A stretch of 64,000 nt of DNA from an uncultured Verrucomicrobiae bacterium. GTDB lineage: Bacteria > Verrucomicrobiota > Verrucomicrobiia > Limisphaerales > Palsa-1400. The stretch is taken from contig CAVPOM010000004.1 in assembly GCA_963707025.1 (NCBI GenBank), forward strand, positions 320,001-384,000. The letters run 5' to 3'. The position numbers and the translations under genes were made by a program. The notes under the pieces were generated by a model. That model worked only from the letters and a program-made list of their open reading frames with translations. It ran no database searches and had not been told where the DNA came from. Numbering within the stretch: the stretch's first letter is position 1; the number at the start of each line of letters is the position of its first letter. Below are positions 19,074 through 29,734 of this stretch, in pieces.

Positions 19074-19724
19074 TTACCTTCCGAATAATGCTTCCCAAAA
19101 AGTCCGCTGATCCACGTAGATTTTGTCGCCCGGAAGAACTTCCAAATCCAAGGTTGGATCTTTCAGCGCTTTCTTGCAGTCCACATAGTAGATTTTTCCA
19201 TCCTGCCTGGTCACTTGGACTCTTCTTCTGGCCGCAAAGTCGTTGAAGCCGCCGGCCGCGCCAATGGCGCCCAGGAGCGTGACCTTGCCCGTATAAAGCT
19301 GCTTGCCGCTGCCGGTCTGATTGATGGCGCCGCTCACGTAATAATAGCGGGCGCCGGGAGTGACGGTGACGCTGATAATGGTGAAGACCTTGGGCACGTA
19401 GAGGTCGTGAATGATTTGCTCCAGCTCATGGGGAGTTTTGCCAATGGCCGGGATGTTGGTTTCGAGCAAGGGCAGGCTGATGTTGCCCGTGCCGTTGAGA
19501 CTCATAATGGACGGGGTTATGGGCTGGGGTGTGCCGGTCAAATCCACCTCGATGGTGTCCCCGTTTTGCAGTGGAATATCACCCAGTCTATTGGTGTCCG
19601 GCGGCGGCGGCGTTGCCGGAGGAGGGTGCTGGGGAGGGGTAGCACAGCCCGCCAGGACCAGAGTTGCGGCCGCCAACCCGGCGATCGCGATAAAATGCCG
19701 GACACTGCGTTGTAACAATCTCAT
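19074..19724 (-). CDS. Polysaccharide export lipoprotein (Wza/Poly_export + SLBB)
   Basis: Lipobox VLAGC; GDTIEV, GNISLPL, AIGAAGGF, PGDKIYV. Confidence 0.85.
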   Translation of the reverse strand: MRLLQRSVRHFIAIAGLAAATLVLAGCATPPQHPPPATPPPPDTNRLGDIPLQNGDTIEVDLTGTPQPITPSIMSLNGTGNISLPLLETNIPAIGKTPHELEQIIHDLYVPKVFTIISVTVTPGARYYYVSGAINQTGSGKQLYTGKVTLLGAIGAAGGFNDFAARRRVQVTRQDGKIYYVDCKKALKDPTLDLEVLPGDKIYVDQRTFWEALFGR

Positions 19725-19757
19725 ACAGGTACAGTTGCGCCAGAAGGAAACCGGTTC

Positions 19758-21944
19758 TCAATACTTCTGTTTGATGTCAACCTTGGCCGCTTTGGCCGCA
19801 GCATCGCTGAGTTGGACCACGGTTGGTTCGCTTTTTGCCGAACGGTATTCGTATTCGTAGTAGCCGCTGTAATAGTAATAATTCTCATCCTGGCTCATGT
19901 TGATGTTGTTGAGCACCAGGCCCATGAGGTTGCCGCCGACTTTTTGGATCATCTGCTTGGCGCGCAGGGTCATGGGCTGCGGGTAACGCCGGTACTGAAT
20001 GACTTGCAGCACCATGTCCATTTCGCTGGCCAGGATGGAGGCGTCGCTGACGCCCAGGAGCGGGGGGGCATCGAAGAAGATGAAATCGTAACGGCGCTTG
20101 AGCTCGAGGATGATTTCCTTCATTTGCACGGAACCCAGGATGCTCATGGAACTGCTGGGCAGCTTGCCGCTGGGCAGAAAATCCAGGGTGGGCAGCTTGC
20201 TTTTCTGGATGGCTTGTTCGAGGGTGACCTGTTTGTTGAGGAGCAAATCGGTCAGCCCGGTGGCGTTGCTGGCGCGGAGCATCCGATGTATGCTGGGGCG
20301 GCGCAAGTCGGAATCCACCAGCAAGATGCGCTGGCCGTTCTGGGCAAAGACGGTGGCCAGGTTGAACAGGGTGGTGGTTTTGCCTTCGCCGGCCCCGCCG
20401 CTCAGGACGGTGATGGTCGTCCAGTCTTCATTTTTGCGGGCGAACAACAGATTGGTGCGCAAGACCCGGTAGGCCTCGGCGTGCGGGCTTTCCGGCCCGT
20501 CGTCCAGAACATTGCCCACGTTCTGGGGAATGACTCCCAGGACCGGGGCCTGCAGGGAGCGCTCCACGTCATCAATGGTCTTGACACTGGTGTCCAGGTA
20601 TTCGACGAAGAAGGCCATGCCCACCCCGACCAGCAGCCCCATGAGGATGCCGACCGGAATGATGACGAACGGTTTGGGGCTGACGGGGTGCTTGTCCACC
20701 CGGGCCGGGTCATGCACGATGACGGAGCGTTCGGTCGGCTGTTTGGCTTCCACCGCTTGTTCAATCTCCAGGCGGCTCAAATCATCCACCACGCGCTGGG
20801 TATTCTCCACCGAGCGCTTGAGCGAGACGTAGGCGCGGTTGGTGATGGCTTCCAAGTTGGCATTGGTCCGAGTGCGGCTTTCCTGCTCCTGAATTAAATC
20901 GAGCAAATGGCGGGCATGCTGGACGTAGGTGGTCAGACCGGTCATGATGCCATCAATTTTATGTTGATAAGCGTTGGTGGCATCATCCCAACCCTTTAGG
21001 GCAGCCTTGTACATGGGGTGAGTGGGGCCATAGCCCAGGTTTTGGGCTTGCGTGAATTCGTCCCTGGCCCGGGAGACATCCGTGGCCCGGATGGTCAACT
21101 CGGGGTCCAGGTCCCGAATGATGAACGTGCCCAGCGCCTCACGGAGCAGCCCGTTGGTCTGAAGGTACAACAGATTGGTCAGGGCATCGTAGTGGCTGTC
21201 GTAATCCTCCTGCGCGTCAATGCGGCGCATCTCCAGGGCGCGCAGCGTTTCCACCATAATCGAGACATTGGCCGTCGGATTATTCTCCATCTCCGTGAGG
21301 TTCAACTCGGCGCGCATTTGGTCCAATTTGGCTTCGTTGGTGGTCAAGGCGGCTTGATTGGTGCTCAGGGCCACTTTCAGGCTGTCAATGCCCCGGTTGC
21401 GATCGCCCAGCCAGGATTCCTTGCGGTATTCCTTATAGACCTCGGCAATTTTGTTGGCGATGTCCGCCGCCCATTTTGGGTCGGAATTTCTGACCGTGAT
21501 TTCAATCAAGCTGGTGCCGCGGGTCTGGTCAACCGAAACTCTTCTGGACAGAAAACCGTAAGCGTCGTCCAGGCTCCAGTCCGGATCGCCGGCTTGAAAC
21601 TGGTCGGCAAAAACATGCTGGAGATTGAGGTTGGTGATCACCGGGACCAGATTTGACCAGGAGGTGATGATGCGGAATTGGGTGGTCAGGTAGTAGGGAT
21701 CCCAGCTCTGCAGGCCGGACTGGCTCCCCATTCCGGGGATGGTCACCTCCGGAGCGTCTTTCTGGACCTCAATCCTGACGGTGCTGGAATACTGCCTGGG
21801 CAGCCAGACGGTCAAAGCCGCGCTGGAGAGGAAGCAGAGCAGGAAAACCGTCAGAATCAGGCTCTTGCGCAGCCGGATCACCCGCCAGTAGTCCAAAAAG
21901 TGGAGATTGGCCGCCGGGGTGTCGGTTGTCGCTGGGCTATCCAT
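19758..21944 (-). CDS. wzc: Polysaccharide co-polymerase / BY-kinase (Wzc/GumC family)
   Basis: N-terminal Wzz TM, GEGKTT, LVDSDLRRP, FDAPP, Tyr cluster YYYYSGYYEY. Confidence 0.9.
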   Translation of the reverse strand: MDSPATTDTPAANLHFLDYWRVIRLRKSLILTVFLLCFLSSAALTVWLPRQYSSTVRIEVQKDAPEVTIPGMGSQSGLQSWDPYYLTTQFRIITSWSNLVPVITNLNLQHVFADQFQAGDPDWSLDDAYGFLSRRVSVDQTRGTSLIEITVRNSDPKWAADIANKIAEVYKEYRKESWLGDRNRGIDSLKVALSTNQAALTTNEAKLDQMRAELNLTEMENNPTANVSIMVETLRALEMRRIDAQEDYDSHYDALTNLLYLQTNGLLREALGTFIIRDLDPELTIRATDVSRARDEFTQAQNLGYGPTHPMYKAALKGWDDATNAYQHKIDGIMTGLTTYVQHARHLLDLIQEQESRTRTNANLEAITNRAYVSLKRSVENTQRVVDDLSRLEIEQAVEAKQPTERSVIVHDPARVDKHPVSPKPFVIIPVGILMGLLVGVGMAFFVEYLDTSVKTIDDVERSLQAPVLGVIPQNVGNVLDDGPESPHAEAYRVLRTNLLFARKNEDWTTITVLSGGAGEGKTTTLFNLATVFAQNGQRILLVDSDLRRPSIHRMLRASNATGLTDLLLNKQVTLEQAIQKSKLPTLDFLPSGKLPSSSMSILGSVQMKEIILELKRRYDFIFFDAPPLLGVSDASILASEMDMVLQVIQYRRYPQPMTLRAKQMIQKVGGNLMGLVLNNINMSQDENYYYYSGYYEYEYRSAKSEPTVVQLSDAAAKAAKVDIKQKY

Positions 21945-22016
21945 AATAAAAAAAGAAAGCTAGAGCGTACTCATGCGATACGTTCCAGCTTTCTGACCTA
22001 AAGCACGATTTTATGT

Positions 22017-23372
22017 TCAATAAGTGGCCCGGACTCCGATGTAAACCATGTTGCGCGTATAATCGCGCTCCGAAACATCGGAAACCAGTTTGTTCCAGTT
22101 GTAGCCGGCTTCCGCGTTGAAGTAGGGGTTGAATTTGTAGGTAAAGTTCATGCCCACGATGAAGAAGTCTTCCGATTGCCCATTAATGGTGCCCCCGTTG
22201 AAGACGGTGTGCTGGTACTGGCCCAACAGGGCGCCGGTCAAACCCCCGGCAATCTTTTGGTTCAACGACAGGTAAGCCGCCGTGTCTTCGGCGTCCAGGA
22301 CCGGTTCTCCCGCATTGGCCCCCGTGGTGGCCGGGAGGGCGCCGAGCACGTCGGTCGCGCTGTGTTGGTGCTTGACACCGCCCTGCAGGTAAGATTCCGG
22401 CATGTAGGTCCAGGTCAGGCTGGCGTCCACATAGGGGGAAAAGTCGGTCGCGCCCCCCGGCACGTTGTAATAATCCAAGTACTGGCCGCCCGCCCGGATG
22501 GAACCGTGCAGTTGGGAAGTAAATGCCTCGTCCGCCCCGACAAAAAAGAAATGGGTATCGTTGTTGCGGCTCTGGCTTAAAATATTGTTGGGATTGCCGA
22601 AGGATTGAAGCCCGGCCGCCCCGCTGAAAATAATCGGCTCCGAGCTGGAGTAACCGGTGTGCCCATAAGAATAGCCCAGGACGCCGGTCAGTTCGCTCAG
22701 GACATGCCAGTTCAGACTCAGCGTGGCCAGTTGCTCGATGCGATCCAAGACGGCGGAACGGCTGGGGTTAAGGACGGTCGTATTCACGCCGCCTGACATC
22801 GTGGTCGGGTTGTAAACGTCGCCGTAGGTTTGCTGATAGGCGTAAAGGTTGTTGGCGTAGCTCGCCTGCAAATCCAGCTTGGGGACCAGACCGGCAGTGA
22901 AGGTGAGCCCGCCGGTATTATGAATGTTGTTGCCGTCGGTGTACAACGGCGAAGAAATGATGCCCGTGTCAATGACCGTGGGTTCCTGGGCGATGACGAA
23001 CGAGTCGCTGGCCTCCAGGCTGTAGCGCTCGGTGAAGTTCTGTTTGAGGTCGCCGCTGAATTGGTGCGAGGAGTCCGAGGTGCTGGTCCTTGTATAGTAG
23101 CGCCAGTCATATATGTAACTAAGGTTGACCGTGGTGTCGTTGTAAGTGTGGTTCAGCGCGACCGAGGGACTCACCTCCGTGCCATAGCTGGAGACCGCCG
23201 ACCCGTTGTGCAGGGTCAGGTAGTTGTCGTCGTAAAAGCCGCGCAAGGTGAGCGCGGCCGACCAGCCGCGCGGGTTGGCCAACTCCTCGGGGGTGACACC
23301 GGGCGAATATTGGGCATGCAATGTTGACGCGCCGAGCGCGGCTAAACCAACAGAAGCGAAGAATTTTTTCAT
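22017..23372 (-). CDS. Outer-membrane beta-barrel protein associated with EPS export
   Basis: Signal peptide, GFYDDN, alternating beta strands, C-terminal GVRATY. Confidence 0.75.
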   Translation of the reverse strand: MKKFFASVGLAALGASTLHAQYSPGVTPEELANPRGWSAALTLRGFYDDNYLTLHNGSAVSSYGTEVSPSVALNHTYNDTTVNLSYIYDWRYYTRTSTSDSSHQFSGDLKQNFTERYSLEASDSFVIAQEPTVIDTGIISSPLYTDGNNIHNTGGLTFTAGLVPKLDLQASYANNLYAYQQTYGDVYNPTTMSGGVNTTVLNPSRSAVLDRIEQLATLSLNWHVLSELTGVLGYSYGHTGYSSSEPIIFSGAAGLQSFGNPNNILSQSRNNDTHFFFVGADEAFTSQLHGSIRAGGQYLDYYNVPGGATDFSPYVDASLTWTYMPESYLQGGVKHQHSATDVLGALPATTGANAGEPVLDAEDTAAYLSLNQKIAGGLTGALLGQYQHTVFNGGTINGQSEDFFIVGMNFTYKFNPYFNAEAGYNWNKLVSDVSERDYTRNMVYIGVRATY

Positions 23373-23496
23373 AAAATATTTTGTTGTGCTACCCTCACAT
23401 GCACAAAGCGCGTCTCTCCGTGCCTTGTCCATTTATGGTGTTCTATGTGTACCGGCCATTATTGTCAAAGGAAAAGTTAATTATTTTTAAAACTTT

Positions 23497-25386
23497 TTAT
23501 CGTTTCGGGGTTGGCTGGGGCGTTGACTGCCAGCGATTTCGGTCACTAATGAACAATTCGGCCGGGAGTGGGTCTAATACGACCTTTTGCAGCGGAAAAC
23601 CGGTGGGAACCTGTCCATGCACCCAGAATGGTCCCGGATCCTCCCCCGACAGCGGCACCCCCCATTTTGTCGGATCGGGCAGGCAGTCCAGATAAAAATA
23701 ACCCCAATCCCGTTGATTGGCAATCATTTGCGACAGGAACCGGCGGTCGCTCGTCCGCTGCGTCAGAAAAATCGCCCGCACCGGCTTGAGCTTGGCCATT
23801 TCTCGATACGTTTCCGAGTCATCCGCATTGGTGGCGCTTTCAGGCGCCCAGCCCACTCCCAGCGTCAGCCAGGCGCAGGGACGCGCCCCATACCACGCCA
23901 CCGCCCATGGAATATCGCTCATCATCAGCTCATCCGGCTCCATCATGCCGGCGAAGTCCTGAATATTCTTGGGCGTATAGGCCGGGAGCGCCGCCATTTT
24001 GGCCGGTCCCAGCAGAGTCAACAGCAGGGGCGCGCACATGACCAGCACAAAAAGTCCCGCCCCGGCCCGGCGGGCCTGGGGAGCCTCGGCGGGGACCAAG
24101 TGATCCAGCAGGGTGAAAAAGACCCCGGCGCCAAAGATCAAAACCAGCGGAGCCAGCACCACCAGCAGGTTTTCGGAATTTATCTCGGGCGAATCGGCGC
24201 TGAGATGCGTCTGGCAGGCCGCCTGGACCACCGCCATCAGGGCCAGCGACCAGAGCAGAAAAAGCCGCAATCGTTGCAGGGCCGGATTGCGAAAGGGCAG
24301 GAGCAGGCCGCATAGGAAAAAAGCGGAAACCCAATTGCCGCCGAGACGGGGCAGGTCGTTTTTCAGGATTTCGCCCTCATTGAGGAGGAATTTGTCCAAG
24401 ACCTCCCGCGGCGTGACATGGCTCAGGGCGGCGGCGGGATGAAAGGAGCGTTCCAGAAAGTCGCCGGGAAGGCGCGGGGTGTTTTCCACCAGCGCGTAGC
24501 CGCCGGTGCCGAAGCAGGTTTGACTGAGCGCCAGGTTGCGCGCGATCCAGGGCGTCATCACGCCCAGAAAGGCCACTGCGGCGCAGAGAACCAATTTGCC
24601 GCGGGCGCGGGAGAAGAACAGGCGCAGGAAAATCAGGACGGGAATGATCATCCAGGCAAACGAATACCGGCTCAATCCGCCCAGGCCCACCAGGGCGCCG
24701 GCGGCGGCGGCCAGGGCCAGGGAACCGCCCAGGCGCGGCGGCACCGGGCGGCGCTCGCGTTCTTCCAGCAAAACCAATCCCCAAACCAAACCCAGGAAGA
24801 TCAGCACCAGCCAGAGGGTGGACAGCCCGGAAGCGCTGAATTTCCAGAACAGCTCCGTGCCGGCGAAAACGACGGCCGACAGCCAGGCCACCGCCGGATC
24901 AAACAGCCGCCGGGCCACTTGAAACAGGATGAGGACGGCCCCAAAAAAGAGCAGTTCATTGACGGCCCGGATCAAAAATTCGGGCTGATAGAACCAGGCC
25001 TGGTTTCGATTCGCGCTGAATCGGAAGGGGAGAATCTTCATCAGGCCGGCCAGGAGCAGCGGGTAGCCGGGCGGATTGCTCAAATCCGGCACCGGCTGTT
25101 GCAGCACTTGCTGGGCCTTGGCCGGATCGCTTTGTTGCAGCAGGTGCAGGCAGAAGGGGCGGATCGAATCGGTCGTATAGCCTCTGCCCTCGGCCAACTG
25201 CCGGGCCAGATGCGCCGACTCCATCGCTTCCTGCGTGGAAAAACCTTCAAATCGGGTGAAATTGAAGAACACCGCCAGCGCGCAGAACCCCAGCACCACA
25301 CTGGTGCGCAGGAGGATGGCGGCTCCCAGGCCCGACTCCATGGACGTTATAAATCCCTGCACGCGCTCATAAACTGGTTTTGGCAT
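23497..25386 (-). CDS. Membrane glycosyltransferase, ArnT/PMT (GT-C) type
   Basis: ARQLAEGRGY, PPGYPLLLA, PWIARN, many TM segments. Confidence 0.7.
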   Translation of the reverse strand: MPKPVYERVQGFITSMESGLGAAILLRTSVVLGFCALAVFFNFTRFEGFSTQEAMESAHLARQLAEGRGYTTDSIRPFCLHLLQQSDPAKAQQVLQQPVPDLSNPPGYPLLLAGLMKILPFRFSANRNQAWFYQPEFLIRAVNELLFFGAVLILFQVARRLFDPAVAWLSAVVFAGTELFWKFSASGLSTLWLVLIFLGLVWGLVLLEERERRPVPPRLGGSLALAAAAGALVGLGGLSRYSFAWMIIPVLIFLRLFFSRARGKLVLCAAVAFLGVMTPWIARNLALSQTCFGTGGYALVENTPRLPGDFLERSFHPAAALSHVTPREVLDKFLLNEGEILKNDLPRLGGNWVSAFFLCGLLLPFRNPALQRLRLFLLWSLALMAVVQAACQTHLSADSPEINSENLLVVLAPLVLIFGAGVFFTLLDHLVPAEAPQARRAGAGLFVLVMCAPLLLTLLGPAKMAALPAYTPKNIQDFAGMMEPDELMMSDIPWAVAWYGARPCAWLTLGVGWAPESATNADDSETYREMAKLKPVRAIFLTQRTSDRRFLSQMIANQRDWGYFYLDCLPDPTKWGVPLSGEDPGPFWVHGQVPTGFPLQKVVLDPLPAELFISDRNRWQSTPQPTPKR

Positions 25387-26766
25387 TCAAAAACCTTCCA
25401 GATGGTAGAAGTGGAGTTTGCGGTGCAGCGTGCGCCGGCTCATCCCCAGTTTTGCCGCGGCGAGGGTGCGGTTGCCGCCGCCATCCTTGAGAGCGCGCAC
25501 GATCAATTGTTTCTCGGCTTCCGCCACTGTCAGGTCCGGGTGGGCCAGCCAGCGGGCCGATCCGGCCGCCGGGCCGCTTGCCCGCAACGGGGCGGGCCAG
25601 TCGCGCAGGCTGATCCGGTCCCCGCGCGTCAGGACCACGGCGTGTTCGACGGCGGTGCGCAGTTCGCGCACATTGCCGGGCCAGGCATAGTTCATGAGGG
25701 CTTCGAGGGCGTCGGGGGTGAAATCGTTCACCTTTTTATTATTCTCCGCGGCGAATTCCCGCAGGAAGACCTGGGCCAGCAGCGGGATGTCCTCGGGCCG
25801 CTGGCGCAAAGGGGGCAGGGTGATCTCGACGACCCGCAGCCGAAAATAAAGGTCCTCGCGGAATTTTCCGGTCTTGACTTCGTCCTGCAGGTTTTTGTTG
25901 GTGGCGGCGATCAGGCGCACGTCGGCGCTCAAGGTTTTGTTGGAGCCGACCCGCTCGAAGGTCCGTTCCCCCAGGAAGCGCAGCAGTTTGACCTGGACCG
26001 AGGCGTCAATTTCCCCGATTTCATCCAGGAACAGCGTCCCCCCCTGGGCCTGCTCGAAGCGGCCGATCCGCTTCTCATGCGCCCCGGTGAAGGCGCCTTT
26101 CTCGTGCCCGAAAAGCTCGCTCTCCAAAAGCGTGGGCGACAGCGCGGCGCAATGCACGCTGACCATGGGCTGGGCGGCGCGCGGGCTGAGTTGATGAATG
26201 GCGCGGGCCATCAGTTCCTTGCCCGTGCCGCTTTCGCCCAGGAGCAGGATGCTGGCGCGGGTCGGGGCGACTTGCCGGACCATGTCCGCGGCCTCTTTCA
26301 TCGCGGGGGACTCGGCCACGATGTTCTCCAGGCCGAACTTGGCGCTGAGTTGCTGGCGCAGGGCCGCGTTTTCCACTTCCAGATTTTGCTGGCGCAAGGC
26401 GCGGCCGATGCGCATTTCCAGTTCGTCAATCTGCAACCGGCCCTTGGCCACGTAGTCGTCCGCCCCCTCTTTCATGGCTTGGACGGCCAATTCCTCCGAC
26501 CCATACGCCGTCATCAAGATACACACCGGCGGGTGCGCCAGGGATTTGGCGCGCAGGATTAACTTCATCCCGTCCTCCCGCGGCAGGCGAAAATCCGTCA
26601 GCAACACCTGGAAGTTTTCCGCCTCCAACAGCGTGGTGGCCCCCTTGGCGTCCTCCGCCAGCCACACCTCGTAATGGCCCTCCAGCGCCGCCCGCAAGCC
26701 CTCCCGGGTCGGCTTCTCGTCGTCCACAATCAGCAGGCGCGGCTTGGTTTCAATTTTCGGGTTCAA
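25387..26766 (-). CDS. Sigma-54-dependent response regulator (NtrC/AtoC family)
   Basis: LIVDDE receiver, GESGTGKE, GAFTGA, WPGNVREL, Fis HTH; TTG start inferred. Confidence 0.92.
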   Translation of the reverse strand: MNPKIETKPRLLIVDDEKPTREGLRAALEGHYEVWLAEDAKGATTLLEAENFQVLLTDFRLPREDGMKLILRAKSLAHPPVCILMTAYGSEELAVQAMKEGADDYVAKGRLQIDELEMRIGRALRQQNLEVENAALRQQLSAKFGLENIVAESPAMKEAADMVRQVAPTRASILLLGESGTGKELMARAIHQLSPRAAQPMVSVHCAALSPTLLESELFGHEKGAFTGAHEKRIGRFEQAQGGTLFLDEIGEIDASVQVKLLRFLGERTFERVGSNKTLSADVRLIAATNKNLQDEVKTGKFREDLYFRLRVVEITLPPLRQRPEDIPLLAQVFLREFAAENNKKVNDFTPDALEALMNYAWPGNVRELRTAVEHAVVLTRGDRISLRDWPAPLRASGPAAGSARWLAHPDLTVAEAEKQLIVRALKDGGGNRTLAAAKLGMSRRTLHRKLHFYHLEGF

Positions 26767-26786
26767 GTGTTGGCAAATGGAAAAAG

Positions 26787-28012
26787 TCAGCGCAGCAGTT
26801 TTTGCTGCTTCTCCCGCCGCGGCAGCCAGATGCGGAAAGTCGTCCCCTGGCCGACGCGGCTCTCCAGCTCGATATGCCCGCCGTGCTGCCGGACGATGCG
26901 TTGCACGATCATCAAGCCCAGCCCGGTCCCCTTCTTCTTGGTCGTGTAAAACGGCTCGAAGATCAGATTGACTTGATCGGGGGCAATGCCTCCCCCGGTG
27001 TCGGCCACGCTCACCCACACTTCCTCCGTGTTCTGCCCGGTCTCGACAGTGAGCGTGCCGCCGGGGGCCATGGATTGCATGGCGTTTTTGATCAGGTTGA
27101 CCAGCGCCTGTTTGATCTGGTTCGCATCCAGCGGCGCGGGCGGCAGACGCGGGGCCAGCTTCTCCTTCACATTCAGCCGGCGATTGTCCAGCTCGGGGCG
27201 CAGCAACTCCAGCGTCTCCCGCGCCACCTCGTTGAGCGAGGCGTCCGAGAATTTGGGCGCCGACGGGCGGATGGCCTGGAGAAACTGGGTGACGATGTAA
27301 TCCAGCCGCGTGATCTCCCCCTTGGCCACCTCCAGATAATGTTCGATCTTCTGCGCCGCCTCGGCCGCGTCCCCCTCCGCCGCCGGGCCGGGGCGGGAAA
27401 GGCCGCGCGCCGGGGCGGCCGGGGCGGCCGGGCGCAGCTTCTTGACTTCGCGGCTCATCAACTGGAGATGAATGTGCAGGGCGTTGAGAGGATTGCCGAT
27501 TTCGTGGGCCACGCTGGCCGCCAGCAACGTCAGGGAATGAATCCGCTCGCTCTCGATGGCTTCAAACGTCTTCTGCCGCGCCTCGGTGGCGTCGTGCAAA
27601 ATCAGCGCCAGGCCCGAGCCGCCGCGCGCTTCCCCGTCCAGCGGCGCGGCGTAAAGGCGCAGGAACTTCGGGCGCGGATAGCTCAGCTCAAACTCGTGCC
27701 GGGCCACGCGCGGCCCGCCTTCGGCCAGCCGGGCCCGATGCTTTTCCAATCCAATTCCGGCAGAAAGTCGGTGATCGGCCGGCCTTCCACCTCCTCGGGC
27801 AGCCCGGCCAGCAGTTGCCGGACGGCGTGGTTGAAATAGATGACCCGGCCCTGTTCATCCAGCACCAGCACCCCGTCCTCGATGGCATTGAACAAGGTCT
27901 CCAGAAAATGGCGCTCCCGCGCCAGCCGTTGCACGACCGTTTGCAGACCTTCGGCATCCAGCCGCCCGATGCGGCCCAGCACCTTGTCCAGAAAACTCGA
28001 TTTCGACGCCAT
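26787..28012 (-). CDS. PAS sensor histidine kinase, frameshifted near 27735 (likely sequencing error)
   Basis: PAS half in ORF 27683..28012; VAHEIGNPL, NLIKNA, DTGGG, GTGLGL in ORF 26787..27749. Confidence 0.85.
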
Positions 28013-28126
28013 TTTTATCGCGGGACATTATGGCACAGCCCTGGGTGAAGTGGGAATGAAAAAGTAAAAATGCTGAACGATAACAAGGTTGGACATTCCT
28101 TGTTATTCATGGTAGCCTTCCAAATT

Positions 28127-28393
28127 ATGAATGTGTCTTTGACTCCCGAACTGGAAAAGCTCGTGACGCGCAAAGTCCAAAGCGGGCTTTATCAATCTGC
28201 CAGCGAGGTCATTCGCGAGGGCCTTCGACTCTTGGACGACCAGGACCGCCTGCGCGAGCTTCATCACGCCGAAGTGCGAAAAAAAATCCAGTCAGGTCTT
28301 GACCAACTGGACCGCGGCGAAGGTATTCCCGGCGATCAAGTGTATGCCGAAATGAAGCAAAAGAGCGCGGACTTCCGCAAAACCGGGCGATGA
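28127..28393 (+). CDS. parD: ParD-family antitoxin
   Basis: MNVSLTPELE..VQSGLYQSASEVIREGLRLL. Confidence 0.9.
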   Translation: MNVSLTPELEKLVTRKVQSGLYQSASEVIREGLRLLDDQDRLRELHHAEVRKKIQSGLDQLDRGEGIPGDQVYAEMKQKSADFRKTGR

Positions 28394-28719
28394 GCGATTT
28401 GCTCATCGCGCCGGACGCTCGTTTTGACTTGGACGAGATTTGGAGTTACTACGCGGTGGATCTTCAGAACCCTGACGCCGCGGATCGCATCCGCGATGAG
28501 ATTTTCGAGGCCTTGAACAAACTGGCTCGAACACCCGGCATGGGCCATCTCCGCAGCGACCTGGCGGAGGAGCCGCTCCGTTTCTGGTGTGTGCGCAGTT
28601 ACCTCATCATCTACCGGGCCGAGAAGCGGTCGGTGGAAATCGTGCGTGTTCTTCACGGAGCGCGCGACGTGCAGGCTATTCTCGGCGAGGAACGCACTCC
28701 TCCGGCGGCTGAGGACTGA
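28390..28719 (+). CDS. parE: ParE-family toxin
   Basis: ARFDLDEIW, PGMG..R.DL, YLIIYR, IVRVLHGARD; ATGA overlap with the antitoxin. Confidence 0.9.
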   Translation: MSDLLIAPDARFDLDEIWSYYAVDLQNPDAADRIRDEIFEALNKLARTPGMGHLRSDLAEEPLRFWCVRSYLIIYRAEKRSVEIVRVLHGARDVQAILGEERTPPAAED

Positions 28720-28737
28720 AACAGCCCATGCGGATCT

Positions 28738-29316
28738 TTAGGCGAGGGCAGCAACGTACTCCGCGAATGTGCGCGAGCGTCCGAGCAAGCTGTCCAGCTC
28801 TTCAAAGCCAATGGCCCGCCGGTACTCGGCCATTTCGTAGTCAATCGTCTTGCCGTCCGCCGTGGCGGCCCACGGCGCTTCGCGGTGGGTGGCGGCTTCG
28901 ATTTGCGCGGCGGTGGCGTCCGCCCAGGCGGCGGCGACGCGCTCCAGGGTCTGCAACTCGGCCCCGGAGAATTTCGCGGGATTGAACTTGGCGTCGAAGG
29001 TGAGAAGGCGGGTTTGGGTAAAGCCTTTGTGTTCCACCTTTACCTCCCGCACCAAGCCCGCCGCTTCCATTTTCTTGATGAGCTTTTCAATTTTGTCCGG
29101 GTAAGGACCGTGCGGCAATTTGCGATAGGTCGCGCCGGTGACAGAATGCCCGTATGCTTCCTGGTGGTCAAAATCCACGAAATACAGCAGTTTCATCAGC
29201 TTGGTCCGTCCCAGATGCACATTGTTGATGCGCTCCAGAAAATAAAGGATCACCTGCTGGAGTTTTTCCTCGGAATAGTTGGTATTGGTTGCGCTGACAA
29301 CTCGGCCATTAAACAA
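28738..29316 (-). CDS. Panacea/DUF4065 (SocA-like) domain protein
   Basis: TKLMKLLYFVDF, SVTGATY.KLPHGP, ATHREAPW; start uncertain. Confidence 0.8.
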   Translation of the reverse strand: MFNGRVVSATNTNYSEEKLQQVILYFLERINNVHLGRTKLMKLLYFVDFDHQEAYGHSVTGATYRKLPHGPYPDKIEKLIKKMEAAGLVREVKVEHKGFTQTRLLTFDAKFNPAKFSGAELQTLERVAAAWADATAAQIEAATHREAPWAATADGKTIDYEMAEYRRAIGFEELDSLLGRSRTFAEYVAALA

Positions 29317-29366
29317 CAGAATTCAGCATCGGTCAACCTTTGGAATACGGCCCGCTGAAAATCCGC

Positions 29367-29394
29367 TTGCATCAAAGCCTTTCATGCGTATTAT
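29367..29394 (+). promoter_or_regulatory. Putative sigma-70 promoter giving a leaderless transcript of the leader ORF
   Basis: TTGCAT-N16-TATTAT, 7 nt before GTG at 29402. Confidence 0.4.
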
Positions 29395-29401
29395 CACCTC
29401 C

Positions 29402-29734
29402 GTGAAGCAGGCGCTTTCATGGGTCTTTTCACGGAAGGCGAAGCGGGGCCTCGCGGCCTTGTCGCTCGCTGTCTTCCTGCTCCTTCAGGCCATGGTGGTT
29501 CTCCCCGGTTTGCATGCCCTCTTCCATTCCGACGCGTCGGACCCGGGCCACCAATGCGCCGTCACCTTGTTCGCCCACGGCCAGGTCCACTGCCCGGACG
29601 CGGCGGTTCCCGTGGTCCGGCCCGGGCCGCCGGCCCTTTTCATCCCGTCCCGGCGCCAGGCCGGTTTTGTTTCCACCGATGTCCGATTGCTGCCGGGCCG
29701 CGGTCCTCCCTCCCTCCAGTCCCTCCACAGTTAG
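29402..29734 (+). CDS. DUF2946/CruR-like leader protein with His/Cys motif and C-terminal RGPP
   Basis: N-terminal hydrophobic segment, LHALFH..GHQCAVTLFAHGQVHC, Pro-rich linker, PGRGPPS; directly upstream of a TonB-dependent receptor. Confidence 0.7.
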   Translation: MKQALSWVFSRKAKRGLAALSLAVFLLLQAMVVLPGLHALFHSDASDPGHQCAVTLFAHGQVHCPDAAVPVVRPGPPALFIPSRRQAGFVSTDVRLLPGRGPPSLQSLHS

